A stretch of 64,000 bases of DNA from Candidatus Latescibacterota bacterium. GTDB lineage: Bacteria; Latescibacterota; UBA2968; UBA8231. A model generated the notes under the pieces. It searched no databases. It saw only the letters and a program-made list of their open reading frames with translations, and was not told the origin of the DNA. Shown one piece after another: positions 1-9,409 of this stretch. The position numbers and the translations under genes were made by a program. The stretch's first letter is position 1. The number at the start of each line of letters is the position of its first letter. The stretch lies in the NCBI GenBank assembly GCA_965248265.1, contig CBDFJF010000002.1, positions 2,784,001 to 2,848,000 of the forward strand, written 5' to 3'.

Positions 1-1068
1 TTCGACGACGGCCGGAAAGTCCACGTCCACGGCGCGGTGTACCTGCTCCATTCGGAGGATGGCATATCGTGGCGCCGACTGCGCAGCGGCGTCGTGGTTC
101 CCTTCCGCTGCGACACGCAGAACCAGGTCCTCTACGATGCCGGCGCCGGCGCCTACGTTGCATATCTGCGCGGCGCGGCGGCCGCGGGTACGTGGGGCCC
201 GGGCTGGGGGAGAAGGCGGACGGTCGCCCGCCTGACTTCGCCCGAGCTCACGCAGTTGCCGTTCGACTTCCATGAGGACACGACGCTTCCCAGGAGCCCG
301 GTCGGGCTTTACGACCGGCTGCCGCCGCAGTGCGCGCCGGTGGTCATGGCGGGTGACGAGCGTGATCCGCCGGCCACGGACGTCTACACGCCCTGCGTCA
401 ACCCGTACGTATGGGCGGACGACGCCATCTTTGCCTTCCCATCCATGTTCCGCCAATACGGCGAGCAGGACAGCCATGGGCGGGACCATCGAGGGCAGAA
501 CCCGAAAGACGGCCCAGTGGAGGTGCAGCTCGCCGTGAGCCGCGACGGCGTCACATTCGAACGGTTCCGCACGCCCTACGTTGGTCTTGGTCTGATAGAC
601 GAGCCGCACCTCGGAGGATCAGTCTACATGGGGGTGGGCCTGATCCGGCGAGGCAACTTCGTCTACCAGTACTACACCGAGGCAGCGACCACCCACGGAA
701 CCCCTGACACGGACGTGCGCATCTGGCAGGCCAAACAGCGTCTGGACGGTTTCGTCTCGGTAGATGCAGGGCCGGAGGACGGTTGGTTTGTGACGCCGCC
801 GATCGAGTTCGCTGGGAGCCGTCTGCAGCTGAACATCGACTGCGGCGCGTTGGGCGAAGCGTGGGTCGAACTCCAGGACGAAACCGGGAAGCCGTTACCC
901 GGGTACACCTTCGAGGACGCCGTGTCCGTCGACCGGAACGGTGTCGCCCAGGAGGTCTGGTGGCGGGGAGGCCCGGACGTCGGCTCGCTGAGGGGCCGGC
1001 CTGTCAGGTTGCGCGTCACGATGCGTTCGTTGAAGCTCTACGCCTTCCAGTTCGTGGAGGCCGGCTGA
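1..1068 (+). CDS. GH32/GH43-like beta-propeller protein with C-terminal beta-sandwich (5'-partial)
   Basis: Frame is open from position 1. Asp-box-like SEDGISW and SRDGVTF, DTQN, and the C-terminal RLDGFVS...LYAFQF signature typical of this family. Confidence 0.6.
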   Translation, partial: FDDGRKVHVHGAVYLLHSEDGISWRRLRSGVVVPFRCDTQNQVLYDAGAGAYVAYLRGAAAAGTWGPGWGRRRTVARLTSPELTQLPFDFHEDTTLPRSPVGLYDRLPPQCAPVVMAGDERDPPATDVYTPCVNPYVWADDAIFAFPSMFRQYGEQDSHGRDHRGQNPKDGPVEVQLAVSRDGVTFERFRTPYVGLGLIDEPHLGGSVYMGVGLIRRGNFVYQYYTEAATTHGTPDTDVRIWQAKQRLDGFVSVDAGPEDGWFVTPPIEFAGSRLQLNIDCGALGEAWVELQDETGKPLPGYTFEDAVSVDRNGVAQEVWWRGGPDVGSLRGRPVRLRVTMRSLKLYAFQFVEAG

Positions 1069-1285
1069 AGGGGGCGCGCCGAGCGGCGATTCTTGAAAAG
1101 GCACGGCGGTCCGGTTGTCCGGTCGCTCATATGGCAGATTCCCGACGCACCGTCCGAGTGGAACTACACCATTCGACCGTCCCATGCGAACTGATAAAAT
1201 TCCACTAATTTCTGCGCAGCCCCCGTCCGTCTGCTTCAGTCACCGCTTCTGACCTCCGAAGTCCCGCCATCGCTAATCGGCGCGG

Positions 1286-2685
1286 TCACGGCCGGGGCCG
1301 CCGTTGCCACCGCGGGTAACTGATCGACTCTGTGGCGGGGTGACCTGTAAACTTCACTTTGAACGGTATCTCATATAGATGTACGGCATAAGGCTCGAAG
1401 GAGTCCTCAAACACCCCGTTCTCGACGGCCACCAGTCGATGCTCAGAACGCACCGAAGCACCATCTGGTGCCAATCCGCCATCAGGAACAGGAACCTTGA
1501 ACCGAGCTTTGATCGGCGAATCGAGGCCGTTGACCGCGATCAGGAAGTAGCCGCTGTCAGTTTGCCGCAGTGACAGGTGCAGTGCTGTATATCCAAGTTC
1601 TCCTGATCCGTCCCAGGTGGGCCTTCGACTGTCCTTGGACCCTTCGATGATTTCCCACACGAGCCCGGGCGCCTCCGGTGCCAAGAGGTAAGGCGCAAGA
1701 AGGCGCAATTCCGCCGTCAGGTCCGCCCACTGCGACCAGTACGCCGGATCTGACTGGTTGATCCACCAGTCGCGCCCCTCCTCACGATAGTGGAAGGCAA
1801 AGTAAGTAACGCCGCTGATGCCGCGCGTCACAGCCATATAGGTCATGCAACGAACCTCGACTATCGTCGGGGCACGATCGGGGATGTTACTTTTATGTAA
1901 AAAATCGAGGCCCTGCACGGGCGCCATCTGAATCCACATCCAACCCAGCTTGCCCGCCGCGCCCTTCATCACACTGTCGGAGTATTGGGCAACATGGTTC
2001 AAGGTAAATACAGGGACCGGGTAAACGTCACCCGAGTGGATGTCGGCGACATCGCGATAGTCCTGATAGTCCTTGAGATATCCGTAGCCCAGGTTGATGT
2101 ATACCGGGTGCAGCGGATCAAGCCGCTTGATCAGGTCATATGCCGGCTTGAACCTTTCGGGTGGCACCCTGTAGGGCAGGTCGACGTTAGGCACACCCTC
2201 GGGGCCAGAGACGCGGATATTGGGCTCATCCTCCAACTCCCACACCAGCAGTCCGGGGGCATCGCGACAGGCCATAACTATCTGCTCAAGCACTTCCAGG
2301 TCTTCCCACACACCATTGCCCACTGAAGCCATCGCGTACATGCCGTTGGCATAAGCCTCATCAATGTCGGAACGCCATGACTCCAGGTTTAGGCGGGGCG
2401 GGTGTTGCCCGTGGGTAATGGCGAGATTGAAGCCCTTCTCGCCAGCATCCGGCAGAGAATAATGCCCGTGCCCGACCCAGCCTATGCCCACCGGGAAAAA
2501 CGGTTTCCCGTTTACATAGAGGCCTTCTGTGCGAATCTCCACACGCTTTACCGGCGGGGGCGGACCCGCCTGCGTCGGCAATGCGTTCAGGAAGACGATC
2601 CCCACGAGCATCAAACAGCTTGCGCCATAGCTCCGAGACCACTTAGGGATGAGCCAGTGTTGGTGTGTTGAGGTGATTTTGCCAT
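1286..2685 (-). CDS. Secreted glycoside hydrolase-like TIM-barrel protein, apparent 1-nt frameshift in signal peptide
   Basis: Main ORF 1286-2614 (NGKPFFPVG, WELEDEPN, DVYPVP). A strong AAGGAG RBS precedes an ATG at 2685 whose frame (MAKSPQH...AQAV) stops at 2611; one extra T in the TTT run at 2613-2615 would join the two. Confidence 0.55.
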
Positions 2686-2757
2686 AGCCAGTATCTCCTT
2701 AAGTATCTGTCTAGCGGGGATTTCCCATATAACACGATGGTTAGACAAGCGGTAACA

Positions 2758-2763
2758 TGTCAA
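2758..2763 (-). promoter_or_regulatory. -35 box (TTGACA) of IS110 circle-junction promoter
   Basis: Perfect TTGACA 13 nt before the right-end CT core. Joining the ends gives a 13+2+2 = 17-nt spacer to TATAAT. Confidence 0.8.
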
Positions 2764-2794
2764 CGCCAATCGTGGGCAAATATCGAGTCTCCGT

Positions 2795-3985
2795 TCAGTT
2801 GAGGATAGGTGTGTAAGGTCTGTTGTTTTTAAGGACGCTGAAGACGACGTGGAGCATCTTGTTGGCGACATGGGTGAGTGCGACGAGGTGGTGCTTGCCG
2901 CGATCGATCTGCCGTTGATAGACCTGAGTGAAGAGCGGGTCATGGCTCTTGAAGACGGCGATCTCACAAGCCTGCATGACGGCGGTGCGCAGATAGCGGC
3001 TGCCACGTTTGGACATCCTGCCACGGCCGACTTGGTCGCCGCTGTCGAACTGCTTGACGTCGAGGCCAGCGGTGGCGACGAACTTGCGAGCACCGTGCTG
3101 ATCCTCGGGATGAAACACCGGCAAGATCTCGGCGAGGATCGTTGGCGCCCAGACGGGTCCAAGACCGGGAATGGATTGCAGGAGGGTCTGTTGCTCGCTC
3201 ACGAGATCCCGCAATTGTTCGTCGAGTTGCGCGATCTGATCGATGAGCAGGTTGACGCGCTCCATGACAAAGCGGATCTCCAGGGCCAGATGCTGCTGGC
3301 GATGCGTGAGCGCGAAGGAGTCCTTGGCAGCCGCCTTCAGGGCCTGGGCCTGATCCCGTCCGAAGGCCCCACGGCTGGCATCCTTCAACAGCCGCGTCAG
3401 GCGCCGAATGTCGACGCGGGCCAGCTCATCCGCAGTGGGAAATTGAGCCAGGACGGCGCGACTGGCAGCGCCGAACAGATCGGCGAAGTGCTGTCGGTAT
3501 TCGGGGAAGGCCAGGTCGAGGAGACTGACCAGATGGGTCTTCTCGGCCTTGACCGTGTGGGCGCACTGGAAGCGCAACCGGGTGAGGTCCCGTAGCTGAC
3601 GTACCTGGCGATCGGGAATAGCGCAGACCTTCAGGTGCGTTTCTCGCAGCAGGTGGGCGATCAACAGTGCATCGGCACTGTCGGTCTTGGTGCCACGGAT
3701 GGTGATATTACGCCGCGCTGCAACGACCAGGGGGTTGAGGACCTCGACCGAGTAGCCAGCCAGGATCAACACTTCGTACAGGACCATCCAGTAGTGCCCA
3801 GTGGCCTCCATGCCGACGCGGATGTCGGCGGCGAGTTGTTCGGTCTCGGCGAGACGTCGACACAACTGCTCAACCCCTTCGCGGGAGTGCTGCACGGCAA
3901 GATTTCGGAAGACGGCCTGGCCGTCCTGATCCAACAGTGTGGCGCGGTGACTGCGTTTCGCCACATCGATACCGAGAGTCCACAT
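2795..3985 (-). CDS. IS110 family transposase/recombinase (DEDD RuvC-like + Transposase_20 domains)
   Basis: GIDVAK, MEATGHYW, KTDSADA, SIPGLG, DSG (catalytic Ser), SKRGSRYLR; AAGGAG RBS before ATG at 3985. Confidence 0.95.
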   Translation of the reverse strand: MWTLGIDVAKRSHRATLLDQDGQAVFRNLAVQHSREGVEQLCRRLAETEQLAADIRVGMEATGHYWMVLYEVLILAGYSVEVLNPLVVAARRNITIRGTKTDSADALLIAHLLRETHLKVCAIPDRQVRQLRDLTRLRFQCAHTVKAEKTHLVSLLDLAFPEYRQHFADLFGAASRAVLAQFPTADELARVDIRRLTRLLKDASRGAFGRDQAQALKAAAKDSFALTHRQQHLALEIRFVMERVNLLIDQIAQLDEQLRDLVSEQQTLLQSIPGLGPVWAPTILAEILPVFHPEDQHGARKFVATAGLDVKQFDSGDQVGRGRMSKRGSRYLRTAVMQACEIAVFKSHDPLFTQVYQRQIDRGKHHLVALTHVANKMLHVVFSVLKNNRPYTPILN

Positions 3986-4009
3986 TGGACGAGCTCCTTG
4001 GTCAAGAGA

Positions 4010-4265
4010 CCGAAGCTGCCCACGATCGGGTAACACCAGCTGGCACATCCTCGTAGCCAGATCAGGGAACATGGGTCCCATCAAGCGGTAAGTGCATGTG
4101 CTGGCGCGTATGGCGTTCTATCCGAGAGGACCGAGCCTCGAGGCACGAATAGCCAACCCCAGCAGCTTCACTGATCTAGGATTGCCTCACTGCATCAGAA
4201 AAGCAAGCACTGAGTGCACGCAGCTGGTCGGTGCCCCGCAGGTCAGACCTACCCGAAGTGGTCTG
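4010..4265 (-). ncRNA. Putative IS110 bridge RNA
   Basis: Lies downstream of the -10 box. 5' hairpin CAGACC/GGTCTG, long-range stem GAAGCTGC/GCAGCTTC, two internal loops closed by TGGC/GCCA and GCACAT/ATGTGC. The second loop carries TTACCGCTTG (4082-4091, identical to right end 2746-2755) and TACGAG (4050-4055, complementary to left-end CTCGTA). RNA ends are approximate. Confidence 0.75.
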
Positions 4266-4270
4266 CACTT

Positions 4271-4276
4271 ATTATA
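4271..4276 (-). promoter_or_regulatory. -10 box (TATAAT) of IS110 circle-junction promoter
   Basis: Perfect TATAAT 2 nt inside the left-end CT core (CT-CG-TATAAT). Confidence 0.8.
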
Positions 4277-4280
4277 CGAG

Positions 4281-4312
4281 GATAAATAAGGGCCCGTTAT
4301 CGGTAGTCAAAC
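4281..4312 (-). mobile_element. IS91-like oriIS end interrupted by the IS110 (continues at 2739-2742)
   Basis: TTGACTACCGATAACGGGCCCTTAT closely matches TTGACCACCGATAATGGGCCCTTAT at 9888-9912. The empty site would read ...TTATC-CT-AACC. Confidence 0.7.
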
Positions 4313-4314
4313 CC

Positions 4315-4386
4315 CTCGAAGGCGTCGGCCTGCCGTCACGGGCACCGCCGATCGCCCCCGCACGCGCCAATCCCCAGCATGGTTAG
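4315..4386 (+). pseudogene. IS91-family transposase C-terminal fragment
   Basis: Translates LEGVGLPSRAPPIAPARANPQH, nearly identical to the C-terminus of the transposase at 16380-17879. Confidence 0.8.
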
Positions 4387-4560
4387 GCACGATAGGCAGT
4401 AATTATGGCTAGTTTGGATGCCTCAGGGTCTTGATGTCGCGTGGACCTGGCGCTTTTGTGAGCGGCGCATTTCGATTTTGCGCGCCAGCAACTGACACCA
4501 GGACAGACGATGCGGACAGGGCCCGTGGGACGATTCGAGCATGAGAGACCGCGGCTTCAA
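4381..4560 (-). mobile_element. IS91-like oriIS non-coding end module (no transposase)
   Basis: Ends in TATCGTGCCTAACC. 4381-4470 aligns by eye with 15199-15290 (ttatgg..agttt.gat, tgtcg.gtgga, ttt.tga.cggcg). Right boundary approximate. Confidence 0.65.
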
Positions 4561-4576
4561 CTCGGTCACGGTAGGC

Positions 4577-5662
4577 TCATCCCAAACTCAGCTCGCGATC
4601 GGCTAGGGGCAGGTCGATGCGGACATGTCCCCGGCGGTGGGATTCGCGCATGGCGATAGCGATTTCCAGCGCCTCGCGGCCGAACTCGCCGGGGCAGATG
4701 AGCTCCTCGCCAGCCTCGATGGAGCGGCAGACCCCTTCGATGGCGTCGACCATCGAGCTGCGAGGATGCCAGGGATTGGGAAACTGGTGTTGAACGGCTA
4801 CGCCACTGTCGGGATCCGTCTTCCACAGCTCGAACTGCGCGTGGGCGTTGCGGGAGACGATGCGGCCGTGCTCCCCGATGAACTCCAGCATCCACTGGCG
4901 GCCGCCGTCGATCTCGGACCGCGAGTTGAGCCAGGCCTGCACGCCATTGTCGTAGACGACGTGCCCCGAACCACACAGGTCGGAGTCAGCGGCCGCGGCC
5001 TCGTCGCTGTCCATGTGTCCGAAAACCCAGCGCGCCGGCGCGCCGGCGAAGAGACGCATGAGAGCGAGGCTGTGACTGCCGATGTTGGACAGGCTGGCGG
5101 AGCAGTGACAGACGATGGAGCGCAGCTCGCCGATGGCGCCGTCGGCGATGGCCTGCCTGGCATTCGTGTACCAGCTGTACCAGTTGAGGTGGCAGGCCAT
5201 GGCCAGGATGGTGTTCGTCTCGCGGCAGGCTTCTATCATGGCGTCAGCCTCGGCGAGGGTCCGGCACATCGGCTTGGTGGCGAAGATGGCGCGGACGCCG
5301 GCCTGTGCGAGGCCGATGACGACTTCGGCCCGTTCGTCCGGTCGCGTAGTGACGGCGACGAGATCTGGCTTCTCTATTTGAACCAAATCCCGGAAATCCA
5401 GATAGAGCGCCTCGACGTGCCAGCGGCGGCGGAAGTCGTCGAGCTTGGCCTGATCGATGTCGGCGCCAGCGACGAGCTCGGCACCACGAGCCTCGATGAT
5501 GGCCGGTGCGTGAGCCCAGGGCCACGGGTAGTGAGCCATGCCGACGTGCTCGTCGTCGATGATGCTGCCCATGCGGCCGCAGCCGACGACGGCGGCGCGG
5601 TAGGAGTGCTGTGGCCGCGACTGCTCCACGACCTTGAAGGCTTCGGCGCGAAATCGACTCAT
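4577..5662 (-). CDS. Gfo/Idh/MocA family oxidoreductase
   Basis: VVGCGRMG Rossmann motif; ATKPM variant of EKP. Confidence 0.85.
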   Translation of the reverse strand: MSRFRAEAFKVVEQSRPQHSYRAAVVGCGRMGSIIDDEHVGMAHYPWPWAHAPAIIEARGAELVAGADIDQAKLDDFRRRWHVEALYLDFRDLVQIEKPDLVAVTTRPDERAEVVIGLAQAGVRAIFATKPMCRTLAEADAMIEACRETNTILAMACHLNWYSWYTNARQAIADGAIGELRSIVCHCSASLSNIGSHSLALMRLFAGAPARWVFGHMDSDEAAAADSDLCGSGHVVYDNGVQAWLNSRSEIDGGRQWMLEFIGEHGRIVSRNAHAQFELWKTDPDSGVAVQHQFPNPWHPRSSMVDAIEGVCRSIEAGEELICPGEFGREALEIAIAMRESHRRGHVRIDLPLADRELSLG

Positions 5663-5682
5663 GGTGCGAGAATTTAGGACGA

Positions 5683-5813
5683 CGTATAGGACCGATAAGG
5701 GGCAATATCATTAGTCTATGACGGCAGAGGTGGAGTGTCGAGAGGGATTGTGAGCCAGGCGTAGAGCAGCGGATTGGTGCGGCGAGCGATGGGCGAGTGG
5801 ATTGGGCCTCCGA
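5683..5813 (-). repeat. IS91-like oriIS end, near-identical to 12052-12172
   Basis: ~120-bp direct repeat starting cgtataggaccgataaggggcaatatcatt. The minus strand ends GTCCTATAC, like IS91/ISCR oriIS (TTCCTATAC). Confidence 0.8.
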
Positions 5814-5997
5814 GTGCACCGACGGGTGCTTTGAATGGACCGTGGAAGTGCCGCCCGGCAGCACCGCGACCGCCACGTTACCGTACACCGGCGACGTTCG
5901 CACGTTGGAGCCGGGAAGACATGAGATCCAGGACGAAGAGGGAGGGAAGGGGTGATCTGCGCCCGATCACCGATCACCGATTACCGCTTTTCCGGGA

Positions 5998-7368
5998 TCA
6001 ACGGCTCCCTCGCAGGCGCAGCAATTTGCCGCCGCCGGGAAGCAGACTGACCGCCGCCCTTGCTCCGTTCGAGGCCCGGTGCCATACCCCGGTTCCGGCG
6101 TCAAACACCTCCATCGGTCCCGGACCGTTTACCGTCGTGTCGCGGGCCGCTTTGTAATCCAGGTTGACGACCAGCGCATGCGTCGGGACATGGTACGCAC
6201 CGAAGTAGCCGACCAGGATATCGTCGGTGTCGTCCACGTTAAAGGCCGCATCGGCAGGCAACGGCATTGTGCCCGGTGGAAGCTTGCCGAGATGATACAC
6301 CCCCAGAGACTTCAGTGGCTGCAGTACCCGGGCGATAGCGATGAATTCGGGATGGATCATCCGCAATTCTTTGCCCAGCGGCGTGAGCGGTGCGGCGGCG
6401 TCTTTGACAGCGCGTGCGGGGCTGAAGGTGTCGTCGTCGAATTCGGAGATGCCGCCCTTGAATTCGGAGTACGCCCAATAAACAAATTGCGACAGGCCCT
6501 GGCCGCCGTAAGCCAGCGTGGTGTATGCCAGGTAACGTCCTTCGTCGGGGGTCGGGACGCGGGAATGCTCTGACACGGAAACCGCCTGCACGACGTTCAG
6601 AAACGGTATGCCGTGTTTTACGGCGGCCTCACGGATGAGTTCCAGATTCAGAAAGTAGTCATCTTTGTCGTGGGTCTTCATGAACGGATAGTGGTCCCAG
6701 CTGAGCAGGTCCGGTTTGACCACATCGATGAACTGTCGTAAATGCTCGCGGTAGGCGGTTACCCTGTCGCCGGAGGTGCCGAGCGCGCCGGCGCTGGCAT
6801 AGGTCGGGAACAGGTTGACCATGGCCAGGTGCTTCGGATCGTGCTTGCGCAGGTATGCCACCATCTCGGCGATTTTAGGGAACTCGGAGGCGGTGGGCTC
6901 ATCGAATACGTACCAGGCGTACATGGCGGGATGATCCCTGGCCTTTTCGATGAGGGCGTCGAGCAGCGGTCTGCGTGCCGGATCGTCCAAGGCGCCGGCT
7001 TTGGAGAGCGGTAACCAGGGCTTGACCTGCTGGCCGGCCAGCATGGTGACGCGCAGCCCGTGGGCGTGGGCAACGTCGAGGTCTTCCATACTGCTGCCCC
7101 ACACCAGGGTGAAGCCGCCGTCGGCAAGCTTCTTTGCCATCCCGTGCGTCAACGGTCCCCAGCGGTCGTAACCGCCGCCGGGGCCGTGGTAGTACGCAGT
7201 GATGGGGGTGCCGACCACCCACTCGCTGCCCGCCGGGCGCCCCGGCGCGGGCATTCCGGTGACCGGCCCGGTGGTCATCGTCCGGCAGCCGGAGACGACG
7301 AGCATTACCAGGGCAGCGGCCGCGTATGAAATGATGGCGGGTCTGGATGGTGATGGTGATTGTCGCAT
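5998..7368 (-). CDS. Putative lipoprotein glycoside hydrolase-like protein (paralog of 13088-14500)
   Basis: Lipobox-like VSGC; HPAMYAWYVFDEP, VNLFPTYAS, KPDLLSWDHY. Start uncertain (ORF extends to 7461). Confidence 0.6.
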   Translation of the reverse strand: MRQSPSPSRPAIISYAAAALVMLVVSGCRTMTTGPVTGMPAPGRPAGSEWVVGTPITAYYHGPGGGYDRWGPLTHGMAKKLADGGFTLVWGSSMEDLDVAHAHGLRVTMLAGQQVKPWLPLSKAGALDDPARRPLLDALIEKARDHPAMYAWYVFDEPTASEFPKIAEMVAYLRKHDPKHLAMVNLFPTYASAGALGTSGDRVTAYREHLRQFIDVVKPDLLSWDHYPFMKTHDKDDYFLNLELIREAAVKHGIPFLNVVQAVSVSEHSRVPTPDEGRYLAYTTLAYGGQGLSQFVYWAYSEFKGGISEFDDDTFSPARAVKDAAAPLTPLGKELRMIHPEFIAIARVLQPLKSLGVYHLGKLPPGTMPLPADAAFNVDDTDDILVGYFGAYHVPTHALVVNLDYKAARDTTVNGPGPMEVFDAGTGVWHRASNGARAAVSLLPGGGKLLRLRGSR

Positions 7369-7597
7369 TTTATTAATTCTCCCGATTACGTTGGTTGGTT
7401 TCTCCCCGCGTATAGAAAGCTGCTCACTATCCCTGGGTGCACGACACAAAAATCGAGGCAAGTATGAATAGCTTGGTTTTCTGTTCGGTTTCGTGTCGTA
7501 GCCATCAACCTGGCGCCCCCACGACCTTGGTCGTGGGACGCAATGGTCAGTCAGCTATATACAAAAGCCGTAATCCCACCCCCACCGTCCCTTGCCA

Positions 7598-9409
7598 CTA
7601 CTTTGATACCGCCAGCTTGACCGACTTCCAGATGCCGCCGGCGAAGAGTCCGTTGCCGACACGAACGGCAATCGTATTGACCGCGCCCGGCTCAAGCTTG
7701 CCGGTGACATCGATCGGGAAGCGTTTGTCCCAGGCGAGATCCGGGTGTTCGTGGTGACCGCCCGCCGCCACGCCATTGATCCACACGGTGGCCGTCTCGT
7801 CGACGGCACCGAAGTAGAGATAGAGCTTGGCGCCTTCGGGAACCTGGACAGCGGGCACGTCCCAGGTGAGCCGATACCAGGCGTCTTTGCCATGATACCG
7901 CACGCCCTGTTCATCCCAGAATCTGCCGATGACGATGTCGCGCCAGCCGTCCGGGTGCGGGTCGGCATTAAACCAACCGCCCTTGATGCCTTCGCCGTCG
8001 ACGCCGGTGCGGAATTTCCATGCCTTGGGTAAGTCGACGAGTTCGAACTTGTCCATGAGATCGCCAAACGTCTCTTCGTCGCTGTAACCGGATTGTGCAG
8101 ATGCAGCAGCGGCGCCGCTACCCGCCGCGTCCTTGACTTTGCGGCCGAGGTAGGCGGCATCGTCGATGCGCCGCGGGTTCCGGACTCGTCGCAGGGCGTC
8201 ATTGTACGCACTCGGCAGTCTTTCGTTCTGCCACCATGACATTTTCTCGCTGGTCCACCATTTCGGTTGCTCGCTGTAGACCCAGACATACCGGTCGGCG
8301 ATATGGAGCCCGCAGAAAACCGAATACTCGAACTCCTCCGGGAGGAAATAGTTCTGCTCGATATCATCGGCGTTCCATGGTTGTACGCCGGATGTATTAT
8401 CCATCCAGAGGCCGAAGGCAAGGCGTCCGTGCTTGCTGTACTGCCGCGGATTGCCGACCGCCGGTGTGTAACTCTCCACCCGCCGCCGTGCATTGGCGTA
8501 CTCGGCGTGCGTCCGGAAGCCGTAGGCTTCTTCGAAACCGTCGACGATGACGGTGCCGCCGCTGGCGGCGTCGTACATGCCGTCAAGCAGGTCCTTCAAT
8601 AAGCCGTAGGAGAACTGGCTCAGGTCATAAGCCCCGGCACCGCGCAGACCGCTCAAACCGTAACCGTAGGTCATCATCAGCGTGATGTCGGGATGGAACT
8701 TCTGAAAGGCGCGCATCAACTCCTGCCCGCGCTGGCGGACCTTCTCCTGGTATTCGTCGAGGCTTTTCGTGTCGGCGTGGGTTTGTTCGCCATACCGAAA
8801 GATGTTGCCCTTGTATTGCTCGACGTCGAACATGATACCTTTGCAGCCGCCGTCCTTGGAAACGCGCCCGGCCACCGTCGCGTTCTGAACCACGACAGCG
8901 AACGCTTCGTCGTCGAACCAGTCGACCGTGCCGGGGCAGACGTTGAAGCGCATGAAGTTGTCGGTCATGTTCTTGAAGGTTGCGTGGGCGGCCTTGAGGT
9001 CCTCGACGTGCTGTGTGAAGGCATCGTACTCGAACCGGTCCGGTCCCCAGACATTCCAGTCGAAGCGGAGGACCCTGCCATCAACAGTGGCGGCGTCGGT
9101 GTGAAAAATGACGCCGTCGAACCCGAACTGATCCATGGTTGCCGCATGGGCCCGCATGAACGCCGGATCCGGTTCGTCCCAGCCCCACTCGATCACTTTC
9201 TTATCCGGGCCGATGCGGACCAGATCGTCCGATCGCGCCATCGAGGCGACTGCGATGGCAATGGCCAAACCGGTAAATACCATATAGCAGCACCGGTTCC
9301 CGAATTTCCGGTCTCGTCGGACGGGGCGGACAGGTCCGCCGGATCGGCTCGATCTTTCCCGAAACCTGCAACCCGACACGCTATGATCCCGCGTCTTCAT
9401 GGTTTTCAA
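7598..9409 (-). CDS. Secreted protein, TIM-barrel-like N-terminus plus C-terminal GH2-type sugar-binding jelly-roll
   Basis: Hydrophobic signal; KKVIEWGWDEP, GIMFDVEQY; C-terminal FGAVDETATVWINGV...GGIWKSVKL. Confidence 0.6.
   Translation of the reverse strand: MKTMKTRDHSVSGCRFRERSSRSGGPVRPVRRDRKFGNRCCYMVFTGLAIAIAVASMARSDDLVRIGPDKKVIEWGWDEPDPAFMRAHAATMDQFGFDGVIFHTDAATVDGRVLRFDWNVWGPDRFEYDAFTQHVEDLKAAHATFKNMTDNFMRFNVCPGTVDWFDDEAFAVVVQNATVAGRVSKDGGCKGIMFDVEQYKGNIFRYGEQTHADTKSLDEYQEKVRQRGQELMRAFQKFHPDITLMMTYGYGLSGLRGAGAYDLSQFSYGLLKDLLDGMYDAASGGTVIVDGFEEAYGFRTHAEYANARRRVESYTPAVGNPRQYSKHGRLAFGLWMDNTSGVQPWNADDIEQNYFLPEEFEYSVFCGLHIADRYVWVYSEQPKWWTSEKMSWWQNERLPSAYNDALRRVRNPRRIDDAAYLGRKVKDAAGSGAAAASAQSGYSDEETFGDLMDKFELVDLPKAWKFRTGVDGEGIKGGWFNADPHPDGWRDIVIGRFWDEQGVRYHGKDAWYRLTWDVPAVQVPEGAKLYLYFGAVDETATVWINGVAAGGHHEHPDLAWDKRFPIDVTGKLEPGAVNTIAVRVGNGLFAGGIWKSVKLAVSK

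Larger units (their letters stand above)
2743..4280 (-). mobile_element. IS110-family insertion sequence, apparently complete, bounded by CT core dinucleotides
   Basis: CT core at 2743-2744 and 4279-4280 (minus strand). Short right end with TTGACA, ~295-bp non-coding left end with TATAAT, intact transposase. Confidence 0.85.

Noticed and set aside
2748-2749. Alternative IS110 right-end core at TTACCG-CT
   Set aside because: It would fit the donor guide neatly but gives only a 12-nt promoter spacer; the core at 2743-2744 gives the canonical 17 nt and restores an oriIS-like empty site.
4625-5677. Long antisense or alternate-frame ORFs (also 10423-11526, 16326-17345, 34472-35560, 54878-55807)
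   Set aside because: Shadow ORFs of real genes in GC-rich DNA with no recognisable motifs.
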